Part shown: in pieces, positions 50,392-61,057 of the stretch | How positions within the stretch are numbered: the stretch's first letter is position 1 | How the letters are laid out: every line of letters starts with the position of its first letter | Assembly: GCA_963769935.1 (NCBI GenBank) | Contig: CAVYNY010000028.1 | Span: 1-64,000, forward strand | Direction: 5' to 3' | Length of the DNA stretch: 64,000 nucleotides | Source of the DNA: an uncultured delta proteobacterium | GTDB lineage: Bacteria; Desulfobacterota; Desulfobacteria; Desulfobacterales; JAFDCJ01 | Translations under genes and position numbers: made by a program | Notes under the pieces: generated by a model | The model's database searches: none | Told to the model about the DNA's origin: nothing | Seen by the model: only the letters and a program-made list of their open reading frames with translations

Positions 50392-50493
50392 TGTTCAGCA
50401 GCATTGATAATTCTGAATTTATTCTGATTGAAAATTAAACAATTATAAAATATTAATAATCTATTTAAAGGATTAAAATCAAGTGATCGATCC

Positions 50494-50710
50494 GTTCAGG
50501 GTTCAAAGTTCAGGGTTGAACGGTTTTACTCCGGTATGCCAGGTTCTTTGTATTGATCAAGATTCGGAATATTCTACCTGCCCTTTTGGGTGAGATGGTT
50601 TCATTTGCATAATCAAGACAGAGCTCCTTTGAAATAGATTTTTTTTAATAACCAACCCTGAACGCTGAACCTTGAACCCTGAACCCCAACCCCTGAACCC
50701 AGAACCATTC
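50494..50710. repeat. inverted heptamer arms (GGGTTCA / TGAACCC) in a divergent intergenic region
   Basis: ttcagggttcaaagttcagggttgaacgg versus ccctgaacgctgaaccttgaaccctgaacc; same family as 5051-5130. Confidence 0.75.
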
Positions 50711-50735
50711 AACCTAGTTATAAAAGGAGCACGCC

Positions 50736-52082
50736 ATGAAATTCGTCGTTATTGGAGCAGATGCCGCCGGCATGAGCGCGGCGAGCCGCGCCAAACGCAA
50801 CCGCCCGGAGATGGATGTCACGGTCCTGGAAAAAACCCGGGATGTTTCATACAGCGCCTGAGGGATTCCCTATAATCTGGCGGCGCCGGAGAGAGACATC
50901 GAGGAATTGGTGGTTCGCAGAGCCGAAGTTTTCCGCGAAAAACAAAACATTAATTTGCTGACCGGCCATGGGGTTGAAAACATCGACCCGGGCCGACAGA
51001 CGGTATCCGGGGCAACCGCCGCCGGCAAGCCCTTTGAATTTCCCTATGACCGGCTGCTGATTGCCACGGGCTGCTCGGCTGTCATGCCCGCTGTCCCGGG
51101 CATTGATTTACCGGGCGTGCTGGCCGTCAAAAGCCTCGAGGACGGCCGCCAAATCAAGCATTTGCTAAAAGACAGGCAGCCTAAAAACGCCGTCCTCATC
51201 GGCATGGGCTACATTGCGCTTGAAATGTGCGAAGCACTGGTGCACCTGGGCGTCCAGGTCGATATGGTCAAGCCAGGTCCGCAATTTCTGCCCTGGCTGG
51301 AGCCTACCATGGCCCAGGCCGTTCGGGAGACCCTCGAATCCAGGGGGGTCGGTATATACGCCGGTTACGTGGTTGAGCGCATCGAAACAGCCGGATCCGG
51401 CAAAGGCCTGCAGGTGATCTGTCCCGACTTAACTCTTCACGGGGATCTTGTGATAGTGGCGGTCGGGGTCACCCCCAACAGCCGGATAGCCGAAGCGGCC
51501 GGTCTCAGCTTGAGTGTCGCCCAATCCATCTCTGTGGCACGCAATCTGCGGACATCCGACGAATTGATCTACGCGGCCGGTGATTGCGCCGACGCCTATC
51601 ATGTGGTCACCGGAGAAAAAACCTGGATTCCCCTGGCATTGCGCGCCAACCGGGCCGGCTGGGCGGCGGCGGATAATGTGTGCGGCGAGAAAGCGTCCCT
51701 GGACGGCGTCGCCGGCACCGCCGTGTTTCGCGTACTCGATTTTGAGGTCGCCCGCACCGGTCTGAACCTGCAGGAAGCGCAGGCCGCCGGTTTCGATCCG
51801 GTTGAAAACATGATCACGTCCGGCTCCAAGGCCCATGCCCATCCCGGCAATACCACCATATGGGTCAACATGATCGGTGATAAAAAATCCGGCCGCCTGC
51901 TGGGCGTGCAAATGATCGGCCGGGAAGGGGCGGCCCACCGCATCAACGGTCCGGCCGTGGCACTTCACGCCCGTATGACCGTCGAACAATACAGCCAGAC
52001 GGATCTGGCCTACGCCCCGCCCTTCGGGCCGACGTGGGACCCGACATTAACGGCAGCCAATCAGCTGCTCAAGAACCTGTAA
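50736..52082 (+). CDS. probable selenocysteine-containing CoA-disulfide reductase / NADH oxidase family flavoprotein (448 aa, Sec42)
   Basis: AAGGAG RBS; MKFVVIGADAAGMSAASRAKR...DVSYSA-TGA(50859-50861)-GIPY is in frame with ORF 50907-52082; YAAGDC and LAYAPPF present. Confidence 0.88.
50876..50890 (+). promoter_or_regulatory. candidate bacterial SECIS hairpin
   Basis: TCTGGC-GGC-GCCGGA stem-loop; the G-first loop starts 21 nt after the UGA. Confidence 0.55.
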
Positions 52083-52097
52083 ATTATAGGAGGCGAA

Positions 52098-52514
52098 ATG
52101 AAATCCTTTCGCAAAGAGTTGTGGTTTGAGGTCCCCACCCGGCGGGCCTTTATCAACATCACCCCCCAGGTAAAGGACTGCTTAAGGGAAAGCGGCATTC
52201 GGGAAGGTCTGGTGCTGGTCAATGCCATGCACATCACCGCCTCGGTTTTCATCAACGATGATGAATCGGGCCTGCACCACGACTACGACGTCTGGCTGGA
52301 AAAACTGGCACCCCATGAGCCGGTAAGCCAGTACCGCCATAACGTCGGCGAAGACAACGCCGATGCGCACATGAAGCGGCAGGTCATGGGACGCGAGGTC
52401 GTTGTCGCCGTCACAAATGGCCGGCTTGATTTCGGCACCTGGGAACAGATATTTTACGGCGAATTCGACGGACGCCGCCGCAAACGGGTGCTGGTAAAGA
52501 TTATCGGTGAATAA
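52098..52514 (+). CDS. yjbQ: YjbQ / UPF0047 protein
   Basis: [30 protein letters not shown]. Confidence 0.92.
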   Translation: MKSFRKELWFEVPTRRAFINITPQVKDCLRESGIREGLVLVNAMHITASVFINDDESGLHHDYDVWLEKLAPHEPVSQYRHNVGEDNADAHMKRQVMGREVVVAVTNGRLDFGTWEQIFYGEFDGRRRKRVLVKIIGE

Positions 52515-52535
52515 TTTTCATCTTTGATGGTTAAA

Positions 52536-53114
52536 TTATTGTAGCTCTTCAGAACTTGCTAAGATAATAATTCTTGAAATCCATTTCATGGCTTCGACAT
52601 CGCGGATTTTACCCAGATATCTTTCCGTGGTCGATAAATTCGAATGGCGTAATATGATTTTCGAGATGATCTCTATTGGAACGCCGGAACGGCTTGCATA
52701 TGTCGCTGCATGACGCCTTAGGTCATGGGGTCTGAGATGAATGCCCACGACACTGCCCGCTTTGGCAACCATTTCCCTCGAAGCTTCATAACAAATCGGG
52801 AAAATGCGTTGATGGTGTTGAATACCTTTTTGCCTTATATAGTCTTTCAGCCTGTCCGCGAGCTTCTGGGGGATAAAAACGAATTCCTGATCTATGTGAT
52901 TTTTAATGAAGTTGAAAAATGCCAGCAAATGGGAATAGCGGGTCCGTTTGGTTTGCCGTTTTTTCCCCTCTGTGATTCGATTCAAGAAGGAGAGGGTCAT
53001 TTCCGTGGTGATCTCCTCCAGGTTCTCAGTCCCGAATTCCTCACAGAATTTGGTAAGAACCAGTTTGTATGCCCTGATTGAGTTTTCTTTAGAATGACAC
53101 TTATGATATCCCCA
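52536..53114 (-). pseudogene. internally deleted tyrosine recombinase
   Basis: N-terminal YHKCHSKENSIRAY...HLLAFFNF joined directly to FIPQKL...PHDLRRHAAT...LRHSNLSTTERY; first catalytic Arg region and start codon missing. Confidence 0.8.
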
Positions 53115-53231
53115 TCATGTTAAGAACCCATCGGAAAGGCACCATGTGCTCAGCTTTTCTAATAGAGCAGGATGGAAGATCTCCAAAAAAACAAGGCAGA
53201 TATTATCGATCGGTATACCGGTACAAGATTA

Positions 53232-53453
53232 TTAAAAACGGACGTTTTTTATCCTATAGGTACAATCTCGAGTGGAAATTTCCTTACCCTGAAACATTTC
53301 ACGTAGCGCCGGAGTAATCAGTTCAAAGGTATCCGCTAATTTTATTAGAAATTCCTTTTCAGAAACCCTTTTCCAATCATTTTCAATAAAGTTTCTTATT
53401 TCAAACTCTGGAAATTTGAATATCATTGCCATTGATCTGCCACTAACCGCCAT
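53232..53453 (-). CDS. small hypothetical protein
   Basis: 73-aa ORF with plausible composition only. Confidence 0.45.
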   Translation of the reverse strand: MAVSGRSMAMIFKFPEFEIRNFIENDWKRVSEKEFLIKLADTFELITPALREMFQGKEISTRDCTYRIKNVRF

Positions 53454-54257
53454 TAATAAATTTCGGATCTATATACAATAAAAAGGTAGGTTGCGATTTA
53501 GCCGCTGCAATCAAGCCTTTTGAATAGAGATGCTGAAAATTATTATAGCAAAAATTTGCTAATAATTCAGAGTCTTATAAATTTTAGCCTTTTTTTCATA
53601 TATAGTCCAGATACAGATAAGGATTTTTTAGTCGTTTATTGTTCATAGCTGCCAGCACACCCGCATTGGGCAGCACATATTTAGAAATAAGTTATATTTG
53701 GGAAAATATTCCCAAATATAATTTATGTCAAGAAAAACTAGATTTGCAGGGCGGCCGTAGTTTGATACCTGAAAGCTACAGTTTGGGGGTTGTGTGGCTG
53801 AGAAAGGATGGTCAGAAGCGAGCAACAAAAGTTGACAAAATGCTACAGACCAAAGATAAATATAACTATTTCAAATTGGTACGGTTTAGCAAAAAAAGTT
53901 TACGTTGCTTCGAAAGCAGCGCCCTCCTATGGGATATTATTAAGGAACCGGTGCTTGATTGTTAAGATTACTCCGATGTATGCCCAAATTTGATGATATT
54001 TAAGTGTAATGCAAGTATGCTTGACTGCAATGAAGAACCGCAAAGTCCAGGAATTGCCAAAAAGGGGAAACCCCAATATTTTCGAGTAGACGTGTCCAAT
54101 AGTAACATATTTTCCCTATAACATCCGGAATGGAATGTTATTCAGATAGAAAGACCGTTAAATCTGCAGATTTCACAAGCAAGCAATAATATATTTGGAA
54201 GATTTACAGAAACTACTCAATCACTGGTTATGCGCGAGATAGGATAGGATAGACAAA

Positions 54258-54514
54258 ATGCCGACTATACTTGTAATTTTAGGATGGAGGCTGTTTTTTA
54301 TGCAAATGAAGGCGATGAACCGATTCACGTGCATTGTCGCAAAGGTGACATGGAATGCAAATATTGGTTGAATCGAGAAAGTTTTGACCTTGAAGAAGCT
54401 TTTGCATATAATATGTCACCAAGAGATAAAAGACAGATCCGAAAAATTATTTATGAACATTTTGAATATATTGAGCAGCAATGGGATGAATTTCAACGGA
54501 GACGCCAGCAATGA
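54258..54514 (+). pseudogene. DUF4160 protein with a 1-nt frameshift in a T run
   Basis: MPTILVILGWRLFF from ATG 54258 continues as YANEGDEPIHVHC in the -1 frame at T6 (54294-54299). Confidence 0.8.
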
Positions 54515-54768
54515 AAAAGTTCCATGATATCAGCGATCTTAAATTTGAAGATGGCTTCCTCGTTATCACAATTGATGGGGAAGCGAAACGATTTCAATTA
54601 AAGGAAGTATCGCCCCTACTTGAGAAAGCTTCGGAGGAAGAAAGGAGTAATTTTGAAATTTCTCCTTCAGGCTACGGGATACATTGGCCTCTCTTAGATG
54701 AAGATATTTCCATAGATGGTTTACTAGGAATTGTTCGTGCCCCACAGTGGAAGAGACAGATCGCATGA
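54511..54768 (+). CDS. DUF2442 protein (putative antitoxin partner)
   Basis: SPLLEKAS...GYGIHWPLLDEDISIDGLL; ATGA overlap with DUF4160. Confidence 0.88.
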   Translation: MKKFHDISDLKFEDGFLVITIDGEAKRFQLKEVSPLLEKASEEERSNFEISPSGYGIHWPLLDEDISIDGLLGIVRAPQWKRQIA

Positions 54769-54895
54769 CAAAGGCATGAAGATGGACGGGCCATATTTTG
54801 CGGTTTTGATTAGCATTAGGTGATTTCCGCTATTTAGTCTGCCACATCTTTCGAGCAAGCACCCGCCCGCCACTTATGCCTGGGGGAGGTTCGGG
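54763..54895 (+). other. degenerate integron attC-like site
   Basis: GCATGAC-AAAGG-CATGAAGATGGACGGGC pairs with GCCCGCCACTTATGCC leaving three unpaired bases; the R'' box mirrors GTTATGC at 54227. Confidence 0.6.
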
Positions 54896-55002
54896 CACGG
54901 GTATTGATATATTGATAAGGTTCGAGTCTATTAAAGCATCCGAAAAGACACGGCCGAAATTTTTCAGGTTATATATCCAGCTTCTCGCCCACTTGACCGC
55001 TC

Positions 55003-55215
55003 AACAATAATTATCCTATTCATGAATCCTGGCTGCCTGAAAAATTCAATGATACTGGAAAAATGTTTGGCTCTATGATTTTGGACACGAAATTTCATTT
55101 TAGCCTTAGCATCCTATGTCAGACTTATCAAAGGTTGCCCGGCCGGCTGATATCCTGGGATTTCCACAAGCGATCAAAGGTTTTGACAAGTCAGATTTTT
55201 GTGAGGTATCTCAAT
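55003..55215 (+). repeat. ~213-bp direct repeat, copy A
   Basis: Aligns end to end with 57117-57328 (roughly 80% by eye). Confidence 0.85.
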
Positions 55216-55665
55216 CTGTCTTTTTTTTTACGCTAAGCTTCGACCACAAAATGTTGATGTTCGCGCTATATTATTTTCAATGCTGGCGAAAATTTGTATT
55301 CTTAGCTGGTTTGTTGTATATATTAGCGAACTTAAAGTTCCTTCGCGATTCTCTTACTATAATCTTTCAAATTTAAGAATGCCATCCTGTATTGTTAAAA
55401 ATAGCGAGATTCAACCATAATGCAAGAATGTATGAGCGCTCGGATGTTGATTTACAACCATGTTTTCAACCGTGGAGCGGTTAACGCTCGCGGTCCCGTC
55501 GCGGGGGGGCGGATCAATCTAATCATTGTCAGGCTTCCAATGAGAATCCGTCTTATTAGGTAAAGAGTAAATGCTGCGGGAAGGAAAGTAGAGGGAGTGC
55601 CATCATGGCCAGAGTAAAAGAAATCAATTGATTACGAATTGTGGATTGAAAAAAAATTAGGACTG

Positions 55666-57081
55666 ATGATGCAAGAAAAGAATACACCGGAACTGCCCGG
55701 TCACATTTCCACTCGGACATCTGGTATATTTTCGACTTTCCACCTTCTTGGTTTTATGGGCAGATGGGGCGCCTGGATTGTTCTGTTGGCGTCTCTAATG
55801 ATCACTTTCAACGCCTGGTATTCCGCCAAGGGCGTAGCAACCAAAAGGGCTCAAGCGCGTTTTGATTTTCGGGTCAAGACAATAGAAACAGGGATCTACG
55901 AGCGCCTCCAGGCTTATGAATTTCTGCTCCGAGGGGGGAGCGGTCTTTTTGCGGCTTCCGACGAAGTCACTCGAGAGGATTGGCGGACCTATGTAACAAA
56001 GTTGCAGGTTAATCAATATTATCCTGGAATTCAAGGGGTCGGCTTTTCTAAACGAATTCTTCCTTCTGAAAAGGCGGCTCACCTCCGTCAGATTCGCGGC
56101 GAGGGTTTCCCTAAATACACTATCAAACCTGACGGGGAGCGGCCGGAGTACACCTCGATCATCTTCCTGGAGCCCTTCGATTGGCGAAATCAGCGGGCTT
56201 TTGGCTATGACATGTTTTCCGAACCCACCCGTAAAGAAGCCATGATCCGAGCACGTGACACCGGAATAGCAGCCTTGAGCGGCAAGGTCACCCTGGTCCA
56301 GGAAACGGACGAGGACATACAGGCGGGCTTTCTCATTTACCTGGCGGTTTACCGCAAAGGAGAATCGCTGGAAACCCTGGAACAGAGGCGTAAGGCGTTA
56401 ATGGGATATGTTTACAGCCCTTTTCGTATGAATGATTTCATGAAGGGTATTCTGGTCGAAAAGGAGGGATACGTTAAACTTCAGATTTTTGATGGCGATA
56501 AGCCGCTTAAAGAAACCCTGCTATATCGCAGCGATACCGCGGAAGAATATCACAACTACCCTGAAGGTCGCCATTTTGCCACTAACCAATCCATCCTGGA
56601 ATATGCCGGCCGTCGTTGGCTGTTATCTTTCGCTTCCTCAAAATATTTCGAAGAAAATATCGAGACCGGCTTAACGAACTTCAGCTTATTGCTTGGCATC
56701 ACCATCAGTCTGCTGTTATTTGGCATGGTATTGTCTTTAACCAAGTCGCGTAGCCAAGCCATAGCTCTGGCTAATACGACATTGGACCTGGAAAAGGCTA
56801 ATATAGGATTAAGGAAAGAAATCATGGAGCGCGAGCGGGCGGAGGAACAACGGGATAAGTTAATTGCGGACCTTCAAAAGACACTATCAGAGGTTAAAAC
56901 GTTGCGGGGTTTTCTACCCATTTGCTCAAATTGCAAAAAAATCCGTGATGATAAAGGCTATTGGAATCAGATTGAATCATACATTAGAGATCGCTCTGAA
57001 GCTGAATTCAGTCATGGTATTTGCCCTGAATGCGCAAAAAAACTGTATCCCGATATAGATCTATCTGAAGATGCCGAGTAA
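55666..57081 (+). CDS. CHASE-domain membrane sensor with C-terminal CxxC...CxxC domain and no kinase
   Basis: TM-CHASE (FLEP...NQRAFGYDM...SGKVTLVQE)-TM, coiled coil, LPICSNCKKIRDD...SHGICPEC. Confidence 0.88.
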   Translation: MMQEKNTPELPGHISTRTSGIFSTFHLLGFMGRWGAWIVLLASLMITFNAWYSAKGVATKRAQARFDFRVKTIETGIYERLQAYEFLLRGGSGLFAASDEVTREDWRTYVTKLQVNQYYPGIQGVGFSKRILPSEKAAHLRQIRGEGFPKYTIKPDGERPEYTSIIFLEPFDWRNQRAFGYDMFSEPTRKEAMIRARDTGIAALSGKVTLVQETDEDIQAGFLIYLAVYRKGESLETLEQRRKALMGYVYSPFRMNDFMKGILVEKEGYVKLQIFDGDKPLKETLLYRSDTAEEYHNYPEGRHFATNQSILEYAGRRWLLSFASSKYFEENIETGLTNFSLLLGITISLLLFGMVLSLTKSRSQAIALANTTLDLEKANIGLRKEIMERERAEEQRDKLIADLQKTLSEVKTLRGFLPICSNCKKIRDDKGYWNQIESYIRDRSEAEFSHGICPECAKKLYPDIDLSEDAE

Positions 57082-57116
57082 AGATTTTAGATGAATATTT
57101 CGATAATTTGGAACTT

Positions 57117-57328
57117 AACAATGATTATCCTATTCTTGAATTTTGGCTGGCTGAAATATTGAATGATACTGGAATAATGTTAGACTTTTAGATCCTGGAC
57201 CCGAAATTTCACTTTTATCCTTAACCTCATATGTCAGACTTATCACAGATTTTCCGGCTGGCTGATATCCTGGGAGCTCTACAAACTATTAAAGGTTTGG
57301 CACGTCCAATTTTTATGAGGTTCTCAAT
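57117..57328 (+). repeat. ~212-bp direct repeat, copy B
   Basis: Aligns with 55003-55215. Confidence 0.85.
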
Positions 57329-57639
57329 AATCTGCACCCAGCTAATTTAAACCTAATCAGCAAAATCAAAAAAAAGTTCATATTGCATCATCACATCCAA
57401 CAAAATTACATCCCTTCTTAAATTCACCATCAGGCACGTTATCTAACAAAAATAGAGTCTCAAAAAAGTATATACTTCTTGTGATGAGGGGTCGGAAGGG
57501 CTCAATGATGTGTGGATACGGCTCCCACCGAACAGATAATCACAGGACCGTTTCGGTCGGACATATAAAATTAATTGTAAGTAGTTATCCTGGACCCAAA
57601 TGCTGCTGAATCTCAAGGGCCGCGGTCTTAAAGTGGGAC

Positions 57640-58504
57640 CGCAGTTGGGTTTCAAATGCATTTTGTTCGGTGATATAGGTTAAATGGTAGTAACGTGCTG
57701 TGGTGGTGGGACTGCTGTGGCCGAGTATCCCCTGGATATGACGAAGGCTTAAGCCTTTTTCAAGCAGATGGGTTGCATAACTGTGGCGCAGGGAGTGAAT
57801 CGAGACTTTTTTTTAATGCCACACTGGGCCACCACCGCTTTCATGGCAGCCTGAGCGCCGCCGCGATCCATGTGGGTGGTTGCACTTCGAATGCGCTCGG
57901 GCGAGCCCATGGCATTGGGGAATAACCAGCAGGGGTTGCGATGTTTGCACCACAAAGCGCGCAGTGCCTGATAGGTCAGATCCGGCAATGGGACGAAACG
58001 ATCCTTGTAACCTTTGCCTCGTCGGATATGAACCTGTTTGCGCTGACCGTCGATATCACCCACCTGCAGATTGAGGGTCTCTGACGAGGCGCAAGCCCAT
58101 GGAATAGGTCGCCAACAGAAAAACACGGTATCGCAGCTTGCATGTCGCAGCGATCAATTGTTCAACTTCAGCAACGGTCAGAAATCAGGCAGCGAATGGA
58201 CTTTCGGGGGTTTGACTATATTTACCCACTGCCAGTCTTGTTTAAGGACATGTTTCCAGAAAAACTGCAGACCATTGCGGTCAACTTTAACGGTACTCCA
58301 GGAATGGGATTCCACCAGCTCGGAAAAATATTTTTCCCGTTGTTGCAGGATCAATTGATCGGGGCAACAATCAAAATGTTAGCTGATCCGGCGCACAGCC
58401 CTATCGTAGGCATCGGTGGTTTTTTGACTTTTGCCCTGAAGCTTGAGTAAACGCAAGTGACTCTGATAAAGTTCATTAAATCGAATCGTTTCAACTTGAT
58501 TCAT
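57640..58504 (-). pseudogene. tyrosine recombinase of the type paired with IS91-like transposases; stops and frameshifts
   Basis: MNQVETIRF...LKLQGKSQKT, then [32 protein letters not shown]...[12 protein letters not shown] in different frames. Confidence 0.85.
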
Positions 58505-58579
58505 GGTATACCTCCCTTTGTTTTGATGGTGCCCGGAATTGGGCAACTCTGGGAGTTATACACTATTTATAATTTTTTT

Positions 58580-58606
58580 CCCGCCGCGTAGCGGCTTCGT
58601 CCAACA
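58580..58606. mobile_element. candidate terminus of an IS91-like/integrase element
   Basis: CCCGCCGC-GTA-GCGGCTTCGTCCAACA hairpin upstream of the integrase; resemblance to such element ends is from recall. Confidence 0.45.
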
Positions 58607-58812
58607 AGGAGTTATATTCTGCGCTTGTTCCGCAGTTCGAAAAGGCGGTTGAGGTCAGCAATACATTTTAGAGCTAAATATAGCATCCCATTTTATTATC
58701 TCTAAAGCCCGGCGCGCATGAATGGGATCATCATTCGTAAGTATTCCTTTATTATTAATAAAATGATGCCGTTTAAAATGTCTTAGAAGGCTTCGGCGAA
58801 GACACAATAGCG

Positions 58813-59469
58813 TTATCCGGCAGATCCGGAATTTAGCGGTGAAAATATTTTGTTAATGAAACTTGCGACAGCATTTCCAAGTTTATAGTGATCTTCGGGA
58901 TCAAAATGAAGGCCGTCAAATTGGCTGGATTGAATAAGGGTTGACGTGTCAAGAAAAAAACAGCCATAGGCTGACGCAACGGAGTTGAAGCAGCCTGCAA
59001 TTCTTTTTGATTTTTCGACTCCACCTTCAAAGGTTTCCGCGTACTCTGTAAGCTTACCGAGAGGTGGCGGGACCATTATTAAGATATTAGGAGCTTTGCC
59101 ATCTTTTCCGCTTCGACTTCCCTGGGCATTTCAATAAGGGCGCCTAAACTTTCTCCGATATCATATGGGGTTACAGAGAACCTGGCCTTTAGATCATTGG
59201 TGCCTAACATAATTATCAATAGATCGATTGGAGAATGTGATTCAAGGCATGGTAAAAGATAAGATACTCCCGTTTCTTTTTGTCCCTCCACGCACAGGAT
59301 CATCCCATACAGTTGTTCTGCCGTTTAATCCTTCTTCAATTACATAAAATTCCTGGCCGAGTTTTCTCTGGAGTACCCCAGTCCATCGTTTTTTCTTGTC
59401 AAACCGACCCTTTGTGATTGGATCTCGACCATAAGTGTTTGAATCGCCATAGCAAAGAATAACTTTCAT
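58813..59469 (-). pseudogene. SGNH/GDSL hydrolase split by frameshifts
   Basis: GDSNTYG...EEGLNGRTT, LGTNDLK and DGLHF lie in three consecutive ORF pieces. Confidence 0.88.
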
Positions 59470-59965
59470 AAATTCCTCCCGTTAAGATTAGCCCACCAGT
59501 CGGCTGATTTCTGAAATCCCAATTTTGTATATACACTTTCGAACTTTCGTTATATGGGCCTCCTACCCCTGTTTTTTTGTTTGACACGACATTATTGAGT
59601 TGATAAAGGTGTTAATATGTGCTTACAAGTGAACGTATTTACCACAAACATCAAAAAATTTCCTTTCTTTTTTAAGTATCATGCAAGAATTAACACCTTC
59701 AGAAACGGAGCTCAATGTCGGATAGTCTCAGAAATTCAAAAGATTTCAGACAAACCTCCCGCTTTGCAAACCTGTACGGCCAGGACTATTCTCCGTACTG
59801 CAGGACAGCTGGTTTATTAGTTTGACACTTCATAATATATATGCTGATAGCACTGAAAAAATCCAGAAAAGAAAGGAGGTGATAATAAAGATTTAAATGC
59901 TCTTTCGCGGCCTGCTGTTTGAAATTGAGCTAACATACTTTCAGCTAATTAAAGGAGGGTTTATC

Positions 59966-61007
59966 ATGAAACGTTATTTGACCATTGTGAGCCTTGTCAT
60001 TCTCACGGCCATGCTTCTCCTATCCAGCCCGGCACTTTCTCAAAGCAAGGTGATCGGCGTCTCTCATCTTTGGTTGGCAATGACTGGAATATTTATCTTT
60101 ATAATGGAATCAGCAAAACACTGAATCAATGGGCTACAAGGTTCTTAAGTTCAATGCGCAGGGAGATACTGCCAATCAGGTTGCCGGTATGGAAAACTTT
60201 ATCACCAAAGGGGTAGACGGCGCCATAATCGCCCAGGCAGGCCACGCCTTCAGGGATATCTCCCAAGCTTATGATAAGGCCGGCATTCCTTTAGTGGCAG
60301 TTGACATGGTCTTGCCCGGCCAGGTGGCCCATTTACTGCGACCAACGACTGGGAAGGCGGCGGCAAGATGGCGATGTTCCTCGTGAACTCGATGCGCGGA
60401 GAAGGCAAGGTTCTGATATTAAACCTGCCCAGTTGGGATTCAATTCGGCAACGTGCGGAGGCCGCCCGGCTCGTTCTGAAAGAGTTCCCCGGCATTAGCA
60501 TCGTCGCCGAACATGAGGTTGGTGTGCATGAGCCCATTGAGACCGCCAAAAGCATTACCAAGGCGACAATCCGTGCCAATCCCGATCTGAAGGGTATCAT
60601 CGCCACGTGGGGGTTGCCCGGAATCGGAGCTGCTCAAGCCGTTATGGAATTGGCCCTGCAGGATCAGGTGGCGGTCGCAACTTGTGATTTCGACAGGCCC
60701 CTAGTTCAATTGATCAATGACCCAAAGCCCCGCCGTTTATGGCTTACGGCCAGGACTCGTACACCGTGGGCGTTATTGCAGGCAAATTGATGGATCAGGC
60801 CATCAAGGCCGGTGACATTCAAAAGGCCAAGGCTGCATTGCCTCTGCTCAGCTTGGACCAACGCTTGTTATAGCTAACCGAGGCTTGGAGCAAGTATCGA
60901 CCGTGAAAGTCGGAACCCGAATCAGGCCTGGGACGAACTTTATAGCGACCAGAAAAAGCCCTGGTAAAAAATCGTCGAGACGGGGAAAGGGCTCATCCAC
61001 GATGTGA
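59966..61007 (+). pseudogene. sugar ABC substrate-binding protein (RbsB-like), multiply frameshifted
   Basis: Signal peptide; NAQGDTANQ...GVDGAII, GIPLVAVD and ANPDLKGI in different frames. Confidence 0.8.
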
Positions 61008-61057
61008 CCCGCAAAGCCCCATCCCCGTCTCCATAAAAACCGGAAAAAGCTGACGAA

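Noticed and set aside
50907..52082. ORF-track call of a 391-aa protein starting at 50907
   Set aside because: It lacks the FAD-binding N-terminus and catalytic motif, which lie in frame upstream across the TGA
52500..52560. tRNA integration site at the island boundary
   Set aside because: No cloverleaf or T-loop motif seen
52536..53114. Integron integrase for the nearby cassette
   Set aside because: No IntI-specific insertion or motifs recognised; generic tyrosine recombinase with a deletion
57525..57672. CACCGAACA...TGTTCGGTG as a second attC
   Set aside because: The inner arms do not pair, and the right copy is coding sequence (ITEQN) of the integrase remnant
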